Below, in pieces: positions 25,461-36,840 of a stretch of DNA of 64,000 nt (positions are counted from its first letter, which is position 1; every line of letters starts with the position of its first letter). The stretch lies in NCBI GenBank assembly GCA_002633005.1, contig NMRA01000182.1, positions 381,077 through 445,076 of the forward strand, read 5' to 3'. Source of the stretch: Phoronis australis (taxonomy: Eukaryota > Animalia > Phoronida). A program made the position numbers and the translations under genes. The notes below the pieces were generated by a model. That model searched no databases. It was not told where the DNA came from and saw only the letters and a list, made by a program, of their open reading frames with translations.

Positions 25461-26389
25461 GTCATTGCCCTGTATGTCTGTAGCATTCAGGGCAATGCCA
25501 TTGCCTAGTCAGTATCATGCTTCGTTAATTCTGTTATAATTGTGCTAGACTCCCATCGTAATGGAACAATTACCAAGCAAAGAGTAATTGTACAATCATT
25601 TAGCTGAATTTCAAGATAGTCAAGCCATGTTGAAATTCACTATCCCGCCAGACGGCGATCACTGGTCTTCGGTGAACAGTCATTCAGCACCACCTGCAGT
25701 TCTCGTGTAATGCGAACAGGACCTACTCTGCTACTGGTATAAACGTTTTAACTTCTTTCTTGTTGTCATAATGCCGGTAGATTTCCACTGCTGTTCGATC
25801 AGAAGGAGAAAATCTTTTAAAATATCAATGGACGAATGAGGACAACATGTTGCATACACTTCTCACTGTGAAAAAGAATACATGACTATGCCATTCGCTG
25901 CGTATTATTAAGTGGATGATTTCAGCCGATGTCAAAAAGCTAAATTAGTGAACTTAAAGTAATCAAACAGTGGGAGGCTCTGACATTGGAATTTATTCCT
26001 CTGTTATTGAATTAATGAACCACTATATTGTTATTGAATTTCTATCCACCAAACCTGATTCGGGATCAAGCGTAAATTCACTTTCATGTTTTCATTACCC
26101 TAGAGAACGCCAATATGAAGTCACCTATTTGTGGAGCATGTTCCTGATTAATAACAAACTGCCGATTCTTTTCAAGACTAAAAGTCTCTTCTAATCTGAC
26201 AAGTTTAGACCAATTTTTGTAACAGTGGTAGGTTGATTGCCAGTATAGAATTTTTTGTAAACTAGGTTTAACGTGATATCAATGAATACCTGTGAAGGCC
26301 TATAATTCTGCTTTTCGACTTATCGGAATTTAAACATCAGAGGCAAAAAGAAACAGATTGAACTGGTCAAGAAAAATATTATTACCATC

Positions 26390-26620
26390 AAGGCCAGAGT
26401 TTGCGACTCTTTATCCTGACCTGAACATATTAATCTGGTGGGAACAAAAATTGCATGAACTTGTGGCGTACTCAATAGTCGAGAAATATCTGTATTCATT
26501 CACACTCACAATTTATTTCTCTTTGATCCACACACACTTAACTTTTGGCGTCACAACATGGGGATTTAAAAATGTTTAACAGATTTACATATATTCAGAA
26601 ATCAGTATGCAAATTTTTTA
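26390..26620 (+). mobile_element. Decayed LINE (CR1/L2-group) RT C-terminal fragment next to TLR stop
   Basis: LS*PEHINLVGTKIA*TCGVL, then TIYFSLIHTHLTFGVTTWG, resembling the LxWxxHI..KI.R..G and YxSLIxPxLxYGxxxWG motifs. Confidence 0.7.
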
Positions 26621-26635
26621 ATATAAAGTTACAGA

Positions 26636-28861
26636 CTATCCCTCCATCTCTCTAGTATCTCTCTCTTTCTTAGCTTTTGGCATCATGTACTTTAATGTCT
26701 TTGTGAATTGTTTACTTGCTATGTCAATGAAACAACCCAGATGCATGTACTGGGAATACAAAACATTCGATTCTGCGAGTAAAGCACTGTCTATGTAGTC
26801 ATTTCTATAGATTTGGTTGTACTTGACTATCACCAGGTAGCGCCCTTTCCTGTTACTGTTCTTCTCATGTGCTAGCTTAAATACGCCCATACAAGTCTTA
26901 CTCTTTATAAATTGCCGTGATACGATCAGTATACAACGCCGACTTTTCTTGATTGCTACGTTGATGTTTTCTTGGAAGGAAATCCCTAGTTCAAAATCCC
27001 TGTCGGGAACGATTAGTTTATAAGCGATTATGTCGTTCTCAAGATCTGCGCAAAGTTTGTCTGTGACAAATTTACGTTGGTCGTCAATATCAGAGTGATA
27101 GAACACGAATGCATCATTGTTCTCGTATTCGTGCACTTCCTCTAGCATGTGACCAAAATGGATACCAATGCGATTATACAGCACAATTGTTATTTGTTGT
27201 CGGTATCTGTAGCTGACAAACAGCAAAACAGCAGCAATAACAATACCACATGTAGTTCCAATGATAATTCCTGTGACATCGATAATGCAGTCATAGTCCA
27301 TCAGACTTTGTAAACCAGTGAAGCCACATGTAACATTGGCAAAGTACGTTTTTGCAAATTTCAGATTTTTCAACCATCTTTGAAGACTGCAATCACACTG
27401 CAGTGGGTTTTCATGTATTTGGATGGTATTCAGTGTTTTCTGAATCAATTTCCGTTCTTGCAAAACATCTCGGATTTTCTTGTTGATTTCCTTTATTTTG
27501 TTGTTGTGCAGATACAGTTCTCTCAAGTTGGTCATATTGTCAAAGACAGAATGACTCATTTGGCTGATATTGTTAAATGATATATCCAGAACAATAACTT
27601 GCTTCCAGTAGTTTCTACTTTGTTGAAGTTCTTTTATCTCGTTTTTGTCCATGTATAGTTTTAGATTTCCTGAAGGCATTTGATGAGGTAGATCAGTCAA
27701 GTGTTGACCAGTGCAGTTCACACTTGTGATTGTTGTATTTTTATAATCTTTAATACACGAGCAGGCATCTGGACAATTCTTCCGCACAGTACATGTGGCA
27801 TAAAGTTCCGATCTATTCAGATTCACCAAAGGTTTGCCTTCAAGTTGTTCTGAGGTATTGTTACATACAATGGAGGTCATATAATTCAGTAAACAAGCCA
27901 ACAAGTCGAGTTCTTTTTTTCCAGAATGATTTTGACAAAGAGCATTACTTTGACACTTTCCATACTCAAAGCCAGTTATTTCTTTACTTCCCCACAGAGG
28001 AACACATTCTGCTTCAGTTAGGGTTCCCCTTAGATAGGTGCACATTGCTTCCCAAAATAAGTGGTACAAAAGGTACATGTCACAGTCACATTTCCATTTA
28101 TGTCCGATAAATAATGTCTGTATACTGTTTCCAAATGTCGCATCAATGTCCAAGAGGTCGATATTTGCTATAGTGCTGTAATATTCAGTAAAAAGTTCTT
28201 GTATCTTAAAAAGCAGTATTGTTTCATAGGTGATTTGACTTACGTTATTGTTAGACAAGTCGAGACATAACTTTGGTTGTTTCTCTTTGGAGCGCGCTGA
28301 AGTTTTAATATCCCACTTGTAGGAGTTGGAAAATGTCCTAATGTTGTTGTAAGACACATTTAAATATCTAAATGTGTTGTTGTTGAGCATTAGGTACCAG
28401 GAGTCCAGCTCTGTCAAGTTATTGTGTGTCAGATTTATGCTCTCTAGTTTCTGTAGATTTTGCCATGGAAATGCCTTTGGCGAAATATGCTTAATCCCGT
28501 TCCAAGATAGGTCAACAGTTTTCAGTTCCCCAAACTCTTTAAAATCGCCACTTTGTAAGTGCTCTATGTTGTTCATGGATAAATTTAGATGTTTGACTCT
28601 TACGAAGCATTTGAAATCCGTAACGTTGCGTAAGCTGTTGTTTGATACGTCTATGGTTGTGATGTTTGCCAAGCTGGTGCACAGTTGCCTTGTGTTTAAC
28701 CCCTCAAGACCGAGACTCGTTGCTTGAAAGCATTTCACTGTAGGCTGTACAGTTGTCAAATTTTTCCATTCACTCTCGTCTTTGCTCCGTATAACCACAC
28801 AGTTGCAGCTTACTTCTGTGATAAGACCCAGTAGTATCACAAAGATGTACAAACACTCCAT
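26636..28861 (-). CDS. Toll-like receptor (LRR-LRRCT-LRRNT-LRR-LRRCT-TM-TIR; multiple-cysteine-cluster type), intronless CDS, 741 aa, nested antisense in ARFGEF3 intron
   Basis: Signal peptide MECLYIFVILLGLITEVSC; LRRs (LKTVDLSWNGI, LESINLTHNNL, LRELYLHNNKI); WKCDC; CPDACSC..VNCT..LTDLP; NPLQCDC; TM IIIGTTCGIVIAAVLLFVSY; TIR DAFVFYH, PDRDFELG, IKKSRRCILIVSRQFIKS. Confidence 0.95.
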   Translation of the reverse strand: MECLYIFVILLGLITEVSCNCVVIRSKDESEWKNLTTVQPTVKCFQATSLGLEGLNTRQLCTSLANITTIDVSNNSLRNVTDFKCFVRVKHLNLSMNNIEHLQSGDFKEFGELKTVDLSWNGIKHISPKAFPWQNLQKLESINLTHNNLTELDSWYLMLNNNTFRYLNVSYNNIRTFSNSYKWDIKTSARSKEKQPKLCLDLSNNNVSQITYETILLFKIQELFTEYYSTIANIDLLDIDATFGNSIQTLFIGHKWKCDCDMYLLYHLFWEAMCTYLRGTLTEAECVPLWGSKEITGFEYGKCQSNALCQNHSGKKELDLLACLLNYMTSIVCNNTSEQLEGKPLVNLNRSELYATCTVRKNCPDACSCIKDYKNTTITSVNCTGQHLTDLPHQMPSGNLKLYMDKNEIKELQQSRNYWKQVIVLDISFNNISQMSHSVFDNMTNLRELYLHNNKIKEINKKIRDVLQERKLIQKTLNTIQIHENPLQCDCSLQRWLKNLKFAKTYFANVTCGFTGLQSLMDYDCIIDVTGIIIGTTCGIVIAAVLLFVSYRYRQQITIVLYNRIGIHFGHMLEEVHEYENNDAFVFYHSDIDDQRKFVTDKLCADLENDIIAYKLIVPDRDFELGISFQENINVAIKKSRRCILIVSRQFIKSKTCMGVFKLAHEKNSNRKGRYLVIVKYNQIYRNDYIDSALLAESNVLYSQYMHLGCFIDIASKQFTKTLKYMMPKAKKERDTREMEG

Positions 28862-31588
28862 GTTAATCTCAGTCTTTTAGTTGCTAGAAGCTAGTGATTC
28901 CACTCCGCTGCCTATGTAATCTGTTTTCATGTTATATATCATGTCCTGTTATCAGTAACAGACACTTCCTGATAGCTAGTATCCAATAGAATTCTGGTAT
29001 TTTTTTGCAGGATATGAAAACTGTATCAAAATAGAGTGGCAGCAAGGAGCATTATAATCTCTACATCTTCCTGTTCATTATAATCTTTCAGATTTTCATG
29101 TGGTGCTGATAACATGACATATTTTTCAAAAAAAAATGGCAAAAACTTCAACAGATTCACCCAGTTTGGTGTTTGAATTTTTAGAATCATTTTAAATTTA
29201 AATTGGTGTGATGTTTTTGGTTTCTTGCTTACCTTAAGTTTTCTCTAACAATTGTCAGCTTTTGTAAATTCGTTTCATTTTTCACTAAAAAAACATTTTA
29301 GTCCTTCATTTTCAGCCAGTTAAGGTCTACATTCCTGAATCTTCAGTTACTAAAAATCTTATTCCAGGCTTTCAAACATTGTACAATCATTTAGGGTCAT
29401 GTGATACGTATTTTTTGTGAAAATTGTCTTTTTTGTTTCTAAAAAATATAATGCGGATGCCTTCAAATTTGGACTGAACATTGTCTGTCAATACACAAAG
29501 TGCCTAGTCTGTCTTTTTAAAATAACTCCCCAAGTTGTCACAAAAATATTTTTGAGACATGGTTCTCTCAGGGATATACAATAAAAAGCTAGAAGTTCAG
29601 TGTGTTCTCTAATAGTTCGTACACTCTATTAGTTCGTACATGGCCCTTGAAACATGTGGTTTGTCTCCAATACTAGGTACAGAAGGAGTTATAAAACATA
29701 TTTGGGTTGGAAAAAATAATTCGTACATGCTTTTTGGATAAAATGGAACTTTATTTTCTTATAAAAGAACACAAATTTAGTGCACTGCAGTCAGAAACAA
29801 AGTGTGGCAGATGGCATTGCTGACAGCTGAGGTACTGAAGCTAGCATGTTTCTTGATGTTTGTGAACATGGCAAGAAAATAAAGTGACAAAGCGTTCAAG
29901 TATTATATTTTGGAGTAAATCCATCACGGGAAAACAATTTGTTACTTTTTGTAATATAATTCACATTGCCAAACCACCGTCTCTAAGGCTATCGTTGCAC
30001 TCAGTGTTATCGTGGATGTTTATCTCTAACTATTCGAACACTTGACTTTCTTCACTAATAGTTCGTTTGGCCAGTTTTGTCTCTATTGATTTGGACACCA
30101 AGCTCTCAAGGCACAAAATAGTTCTTACACTAGTGTACAAACTATTTGAGAAAACACAATTGGAAAAAATTCTATTGTAATTGTTACACCAACTAATTAG
30201 AAACCAATCTTTCAAAACTGCTAAAAACAATATAATTAAAAAGGCCTGAAAAGGGTCTCCTTATTGAAATTTATTGAAGTTTCCGAAAGGAACATTATAT
30301 TTGGCCCATCAATCATTCATTTACAGATGTGTTGTGGTTGGCAAGTGAGAATAAAGATATATTTAATCAATTTGATACAGTACATGGATATTTATTTTTG
30401 AAAAAATCTAGGAATGCTGACAATTACCTTAATCTTTTTGTGTGACAGTTGTGATGCCTCTTGGTTGCGATTTTTGTCTTTATTGCTTCCTCGCTGTATC
30501 TTCTTACTCTTTTGAAGGATCTTAATGAAATTTTGCAAGAAGTACCGTACCCCCCAGTGGGATGTACCCCCCAGTGGGATGTACCCCCCNCCCCCCGCAG
30601 TGGCAGTTAACATTTTTATGGTTGCACATATATCTTCAGAGTTCTTTGACAGTTTTCATAGAAATGTGGCAAACAAGTTTCTGTTGTGATGGTGGTAGCA
30701 TCTATCCATGTTGGGATAGATTTGACATATTCTGTGCCATAAATGAGCATTTTCTGACACCATAGAATTTTACTGTTTGCATCGCTGTCATTTGTGCATT
30801 TCAACACTCCGCGTTGTTATTATTTTAATTTTAATTTTTAATGTTTATTAAGATAAGCAATTACTTTAACAAGAGTTAAGCGCAGAAAGCAGTAGAAAGC
30901 ATTATATCTTGGTGTCAAGACCATTACACACATTATAACAGTTGAATACAAATTAAGGTATTTTATTAGTCTCAGTTTTGTGGTAAGTTAATTTAGTGAG
31001 TGTGGGTTCCATGAACATAACACATCTTGCATGAGACATTTGATGCATCTCTTTTTCTCAGTCTTTGGCTTTCAACTTTCTAACTAACACCTTATACATT
31101 TAATGTTCTATTGGACCTAATGGACAATAGTGCATTTTGGTGAATATAACTTCATTCTGAAAGTGGAAAGGCAGTAGAATTTGATTTATAACTGTTTACC
31201 TATCCTTCATTAATTGGGTCACATGACCATGTATTTTCAGTAGAATTTAGCAAAAAGAAAGGTATATTTATAACAATGAGCAATATTCAGTTGATATAAA
31301 TTTTCAACACGATAACTCATAAGCGCTAAATTATCATTTGGTTTTCATTTTGTGCAAATTTCATTTTTTTTGAAAAATTGAAAAGTATTATTTTTTTAAA
31401 ACAATTCCTAACGGTTTTGGAGAACCGTGCATAAAGAATAGTATCTGAATGTTTGATATGAATCTGATCAGCCATTTCTGAGATATGATGTTCTGAAGTA
31501 AGATGAATTTTGACATTTTTCTATGGTCCTACATCAGCACTAACAAGTCAATTACATCCACATCTAACAGGTTCCTTTTGTGTTGCAG

Positions 31589-31657
31589 GTTCTTCTTAAC
31601 ATGACATTCTCTACTGTGTGGTGCATGAACGCTAGAGTCATCATCAGTATATCTGAG
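31589..31657 (+). CDS. ARFGEF3: ARFGEF3 coding exon 5, copy A (GC donor; probable allelic duplicate)
   Basis: VLLNMTFSTVWCMNARVIISISE; ttgcag acceptor; GAG|gcaagt donor. Confidence 0.72.
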
Positions 31658-31658
31658 G

Positions 31659-31757
31659 CAAGTATGACCAGCTGGTATCAATGACCAAGTATGACCAGCT
31701 GGTATCAATTACCAAGTATGACCAGCTGGTATCAATGACCAAGTATGACCAGTTGGT
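31659..31757 (+). repeat. 27-bp minisatellite starting inside the exon-5 GC donor (also 34206-34317)
   Basis: caagtatgaccagctggtatcaatgac, about 4 copies. Confidence 0.92.
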
Positions 31758-31758
31758 N

Positions 31759-33340
31759 AAAGTGATTGGTTTGCAATTGCGCCCTCTACAGGAGAAAACG
31801 TTTTTAGCCCTATTTCGGGGTGCGCATGCGCCACGTCCAATATTTCTGTCAGAGCAACATACTTGACGGAATTCGAAGAATTCCGCCAAGTAATGATTAT
31901 GAAAATTGGCAAGTGTGTTCCCTAAGCCTCAAGATGGCGCTGATCGGTTTAGCCATTTGAGGCTTGGTTATGGGGAATACTCTATGATTGGGCCCTTCCT
32001 TGGCGTCATTAAAACAATGGCAGATTTTAACTATTTTCACAAGCGTTGTTGCTGCCATTCATGAAGCTTGTTTTGGTTATTGTTTGAAATAATGTTGTTG
32101 GTGCATAATTCTTTTTTAGACCTAAATAGCTGCAATTTTCCATTAGTTGTCATTTCCATAGAAGTGTGTCAGAATTCTGATATTGATTTTCGAACAGGTT
32201 TTAGTACTGTGGTGCCCCCTAATGAGGATTTTGTTTTATTGCATCCACGCCTATATGTCATTAACCCTGTATAAGAACTTTGTGAAATTTGGCTGATGTG
32301 TTCCTGTAGAGCTGACAAGGAGTTTCAGAGCCACCCAGCGATTGGTGTGCCCCCTAGTGGCAATTTAACTTTTTCAATTAAGGTAACGGCAAGGCCTTTC
32401 TATTTTAGGACAGACTTTACGTACTTAGCGCCTCCTACTGTGGATTTTAATAGTTTTTTTTTCCAATTTTGGTGTCCACCTCTCTATCCGCCAAACTACT
32501 TGGAGGATTGTTGTGAAAATTGGCTGATATGTTTCTGATAAGAAGTCCGCAGCTGACGTTGATATTCGTACGGGTTTTACAATGTTGACGTCCCCAAGTG
32601 GCGTCTACGGCTGTGTCTCCTTAACCTTTCGTAGAATCTTTGCGAAATTTGGCGGATGTGTTCCTGTGGAGCTGATAACGTATTGTGAAACGTTTCCAAT
32701 CCAATCAGCTGCCACTGTGACCCAATTGGCAATTTTAGTTGTTTAAGTTTGCCTCTGTATTTCTGTAGTGCATTTTCATGAAATTTGGCAAATGGGTTTC
32801 TATTAAAAAGATGACTATCGTCTTATATTTTGCGTGCCGATTTGATGCATTTTTGCACCCCCTAGTGGCTATTTTTATTCTTTCGTTTTATTTTTTGTTC
32901 CTGTTAAAGAGACATGTATTTGTGGACGGATGTGACAGTTGTGATGCCTCTTGGTTGCGATTTTTGTCTTTATTGCTTCCTCGCTGTATCTTCTTACTCT
33001 TTTGAAGGATCTTTATGAAATTTTGCAAGAATTAGTTTTTGTGACTATGGCTACCTATGACTTTTGATGGTTNCCCCAGTGGGCTGTACCCCGCCAGTGG
33101 GATGTACCCCCCCCCCCGCAGTGGCAGTTAACATTTTTATGGTTGCACATATATCTTCAGAGTTCTTTGACAGTTTTCATAGAAATGTGGCAAACAAGTT
33201 TCTGTTGTGATGGTGGTAGCATCTATCTATGTTGGGATAGATTTGACATATTCTGCGCTTTAAATGAGCATTTTCTGACACCATAGAATTTTACTGTTTG
33301 CATTGCTGTCATTTGTGCATTTCAACACTCCGCGTTGTTA
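31759..33340 (+). mobile_element. HINE/DINE-1-like element (internal subrepeats and 3' end), interrupted by gaps
   Basis: gaaatttggc...ggtgtgccccctagtggcaattt subrepeats; 3' end gtgcatttcaacactccgcgttg (also near 30795-30817). Confidence 0.65.
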
Positions 33341-34135
33341 TTATTTCAGTTTTGATTTTTAATGTTTATTAAGAAAAGCAATTACTTTAACAAGAGTTAA
33401 GCGCAGACAGCAGTAGAAAGCATTATATCTTGGTGTCAAGACCATTCCACACATTATAACAGTTGAATGCAAATTAAGGTATTTTATTGGTCTCAGTTTT
33501 GTGCTAAGTTAATTTAGTGTGTGTGGGTTCCATGAACATAACACATCTTGCATGAGACATTTGATGCATCTCTTTTTCTCAGTTTTTGGCTTTCAACTTT
33601 CTAACTTACACCTTATACATTTAATGTTCTATTGGACCTAATGGACAAGAGTGCGTTTTGGTGAATATCTGAAAGTAGAAAGGCAGTAGAATTTGATTTA
33701 TAACTTTTTACCTATCCTTCATTAATTGGGTCACATGACCATGTATTTTCAGTAGAATTTAGCAAAAAGAAAGGTATATTTATAACAATGGTATAAATAA
33801 CATGAGCAATATTCAGTTTTCAACATGAGAACTCATAGGCGCTTAATTATCATTTGGTTTTCATTTTATGCAAATTTCATTTTTTTTGGAAAATTGAAAA
33901 GTAGTATTTTTTGATAGCCCTTCGTGCATAAGTGGAAGATTTTGAAAACAATTCCTAACGGTTTTGGAGAACCATGCATAAAGAATAGTATCTGAATGTT
34001 TGATATGAATCTGATCAGCCATTTCTGAGGTATGATGTTCTGAAGTAAGATGAATTTTGACATTTTTCTATGGTCCTACATCAGCACTAGCAAGTCAATT
34101 ACATCCACATCTAACAGGTTCCTTTTGTGTTGCAG

Positions 34136-34204
34136 GTTCTTCTTAACATGACATTCTCTACTGTGTGGTGCATGAACGCTAGAGTCATCATCAGTATATC
34201 TGAG
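34136..34204 (+). CDS. ARFGEF3: ARFGEF3 coding exon 5, copy B (GC donor)
   Basis: Same sequence as copy A; GAG|gcaagt; phase 0 into exon 6. Confidence 0.78.
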
Positions 34205-36759
34205 GCAAGTATGACCAGCTGGTATCAATGACCAAGTATGACCAGCTGGTATCAATTACCAAGTATGACCAGCTGGTATCAATGACCAAGTATGACCAGT
34301 TGGTATCAATGACCAAGGCCAATAAATCTTTAGGGAGATGAGAACTAACCGAAGGAGGATTTTCCCCACTTTCCTTGGAATCGTGGTGCTTACCTGTTTT
34401 TTTACAGTTAATACATTTACTTGCCTAGAAATCTTATTACTGAGTATGGTTGGGGTTGCATGGCCTCTGCAACATGTCCTTACCATATAAATAACAATAC
34501 ATCATGTAATCACAATTCATCGTTCAGAACATATGATTATTAAGGAAGTCATAGTGATTGTGTGTACAATTTACAAGAGATAATCATAAAATAGGGCTAG
34601 GGGAAGGGGATTAAGACTTTCATGTACCCATTGACACACACATTCACTGGAATTGAGTGAACTTAGTTTTTATATACTTTTACATTTGGCTTAACTACAT
34701 GAAAAAATGTCAATGTAATAAGATGAAGAAGTGGTTAAAAACTATCACCACTCCAATGATAGGGATAACTGTACAGTGCTGTATTCATTTTAAAGAGATA
34801 CCTTCAAAACCCTCCTCTGTTCTAAAGTTTTATCCAAGGCGTTAAGTACAATATTGTTCACTCTCTCAAACTGTATAAATTTAAAGTTTTTATACATTCT
34901 TGAGACCTCTGTCTCAACGACGTATAAATGCAGTATTGGGCATCAGTATATACCGTACTGGGATTTTCTGTAGATAAGCCCATGTTCGTTTATTTGGAAA
35001 ATTATTCCAAATAAATGCCAATGGCCATTTATTTGGTTCAACTTCTTGGTGTCAAGTTTCTAGATAGTGAGACGTGTATTCGTAAAATTTCCTCTTAAAA
35101 GCCCACTCAACGTCAACTCTTAGCCACAAATTCTGTTTTGTTTTAAAAACAAACAATGAACTATTTACTAACTGAGGATTGCTAGACCTCCTACTAGAAA
35201 GCCATCCGTAGAACTAGTTTTTCTTAATAAAGGCAAGATCTCATAATACTTTATTAAGTCAGCTAGTGAAAAGGAAGTTTGCTCAAGAGCTTTTTAGCCT
35301 GTCCCAGCAAAATGGTGCCTGCTGAAGTGATTGGTCGGCGAGGTTGGAGTGTTGAATCCTGGGATTAATTCTGTTTTTTGTGTCATAAATGAAGATTTTT
35401 CACCACAATTGCAAGCTAATGTGTTACAGTCTACGGAGGTCAACCCTAGTTTGCCTGATGCACGCCTATAGATCCTGTGAGAGGTTATGCGATGAGATGG
35501 CCATTTATCCCACCTCCCAGTGCTCAGTTTGGTAACATGCAGGTGGGCTATTGCGCTAAGTCAAGGTATTGGCGTCTCCTGTTCTAGATTAGAGATGAGA
35601 ACAGAGGAGCAACTGAGCCGATTTGGTATTTGGTTCCCATGTACTGGGTTGACATTAGGAAAGGTCAACACCTCTGTTGAATCGGGTATTTGGGCCCATC
35701 GCCGTTGGCTTACCTACAGATTAGGTGACATCTCCCAGCACCAGTCTAGGTATTGTTTAGAAGTCCTGTCAGATGAACTTCTCATTCTAACTACTTATGA
35801 TAACTCTGTGGACCCCTGGCTTGTTGGATAAGTGTATGGTTACAGTAAAAATTCTCTAATTTGGGCAATTTCTAGAATTTTTGACCCTGATATTCCATTA
35901 GAAATTGAATTTCCTTGATTCAAAAGATTGGGACATGGGCGACTTTGCTGTTCATTGTATTTCTTAAATTCCAGACATATAGTAAGTATTTTATGAACTA
36001 AACAGGTAAAAGTGGTACACAAACACTCAGTTTATCACATGCAAATCCTCAATGAGGAATAGCCGACTAGTATGGAAAATCTGAGGCGCCTCCGTCGATG
36101 TGAAAGACTTGGACAAAAAATTTCTGTGAAAAAAATCTCATTTCCGTAATGGGATATGTATGACCCTAAATCTGCGCATATACCACAAGTATGGTTCTTA
36201 TGCCTGTACGTTGTGTTTCAAGCTCATGTAAGTCAAGACAACCCACATGCACTATATGTTCAGGACATGTTAAAACTAAAGCATCGAAAGTTAAAAGGCC
36301 TGAAAACTAATAAATATTTGTTGATTAATTGAAATCATTTGGAGCTGTTCAAAACAACTTGCAACTTACTCTAGCACATAAATAATGCATTAAAGAAACA
36401 TCATTTAAAAATTAAGGTTTTATGTTAAACAGTCTGTGAATATTGTATATTTGAAAAAAATTCATGAAAGGCTAATGATCACCTTGCGACTTTTGACAGT
36501 CTCACTTTTCTCGTCGTTTTGTTACCACATCACTGATTGCTAGTACAATCGTCTTTGCCTTCCAGTTGTTGTTTCAACTCTATACAATCAGCAACTGGAC
36601 CAGTTCCCTGAACACTATCACCTCAGTGTTTTCACAAATACTGGGCGTGTTCTATCAGCGCCAGCGAATAAACGAGATGAGTTACAACTCTCTCAACGGT
36701 CACAAGGTAAAGCCAACCTGTCTGTGTGTGTAGCAGTTCCTTGTCTCTTTAGTGATGTT

Positions 36760-36840
36760 TGATGGTGGCGGTTGTGGTGGAGGTAGTTGTGGTGGTTCTG
36801 CTGCTGTCGATGGGCTAGTTGTGGTGGTGGTGGTGGTATG
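36760..36840. repeat. Imperfect (GGT)n microsatellite
   Basis: ggtggcggttgtggtggaggtagttgtggtgg...gtggtggtggtggtggt. Confidence 0.8.

Larger units (their letters stand above)
30441..34317. repeat. ~1.2-kb duplication containing exon 5, around Ns at 30590, 31758 and 33073
   Basis: 30591-31757 matches about 33112-34304 with SNPs and indels; 30443-30540 matches about 32932-33030. Confidence 0.9.

Noticed and set aside
27380-28727. + strand ORFs overlapping the TLR
   Set aside because: Antisense shadows of the TLR ORF with no recognisable motifs; not needed for ARFGEF3 frame continuity.
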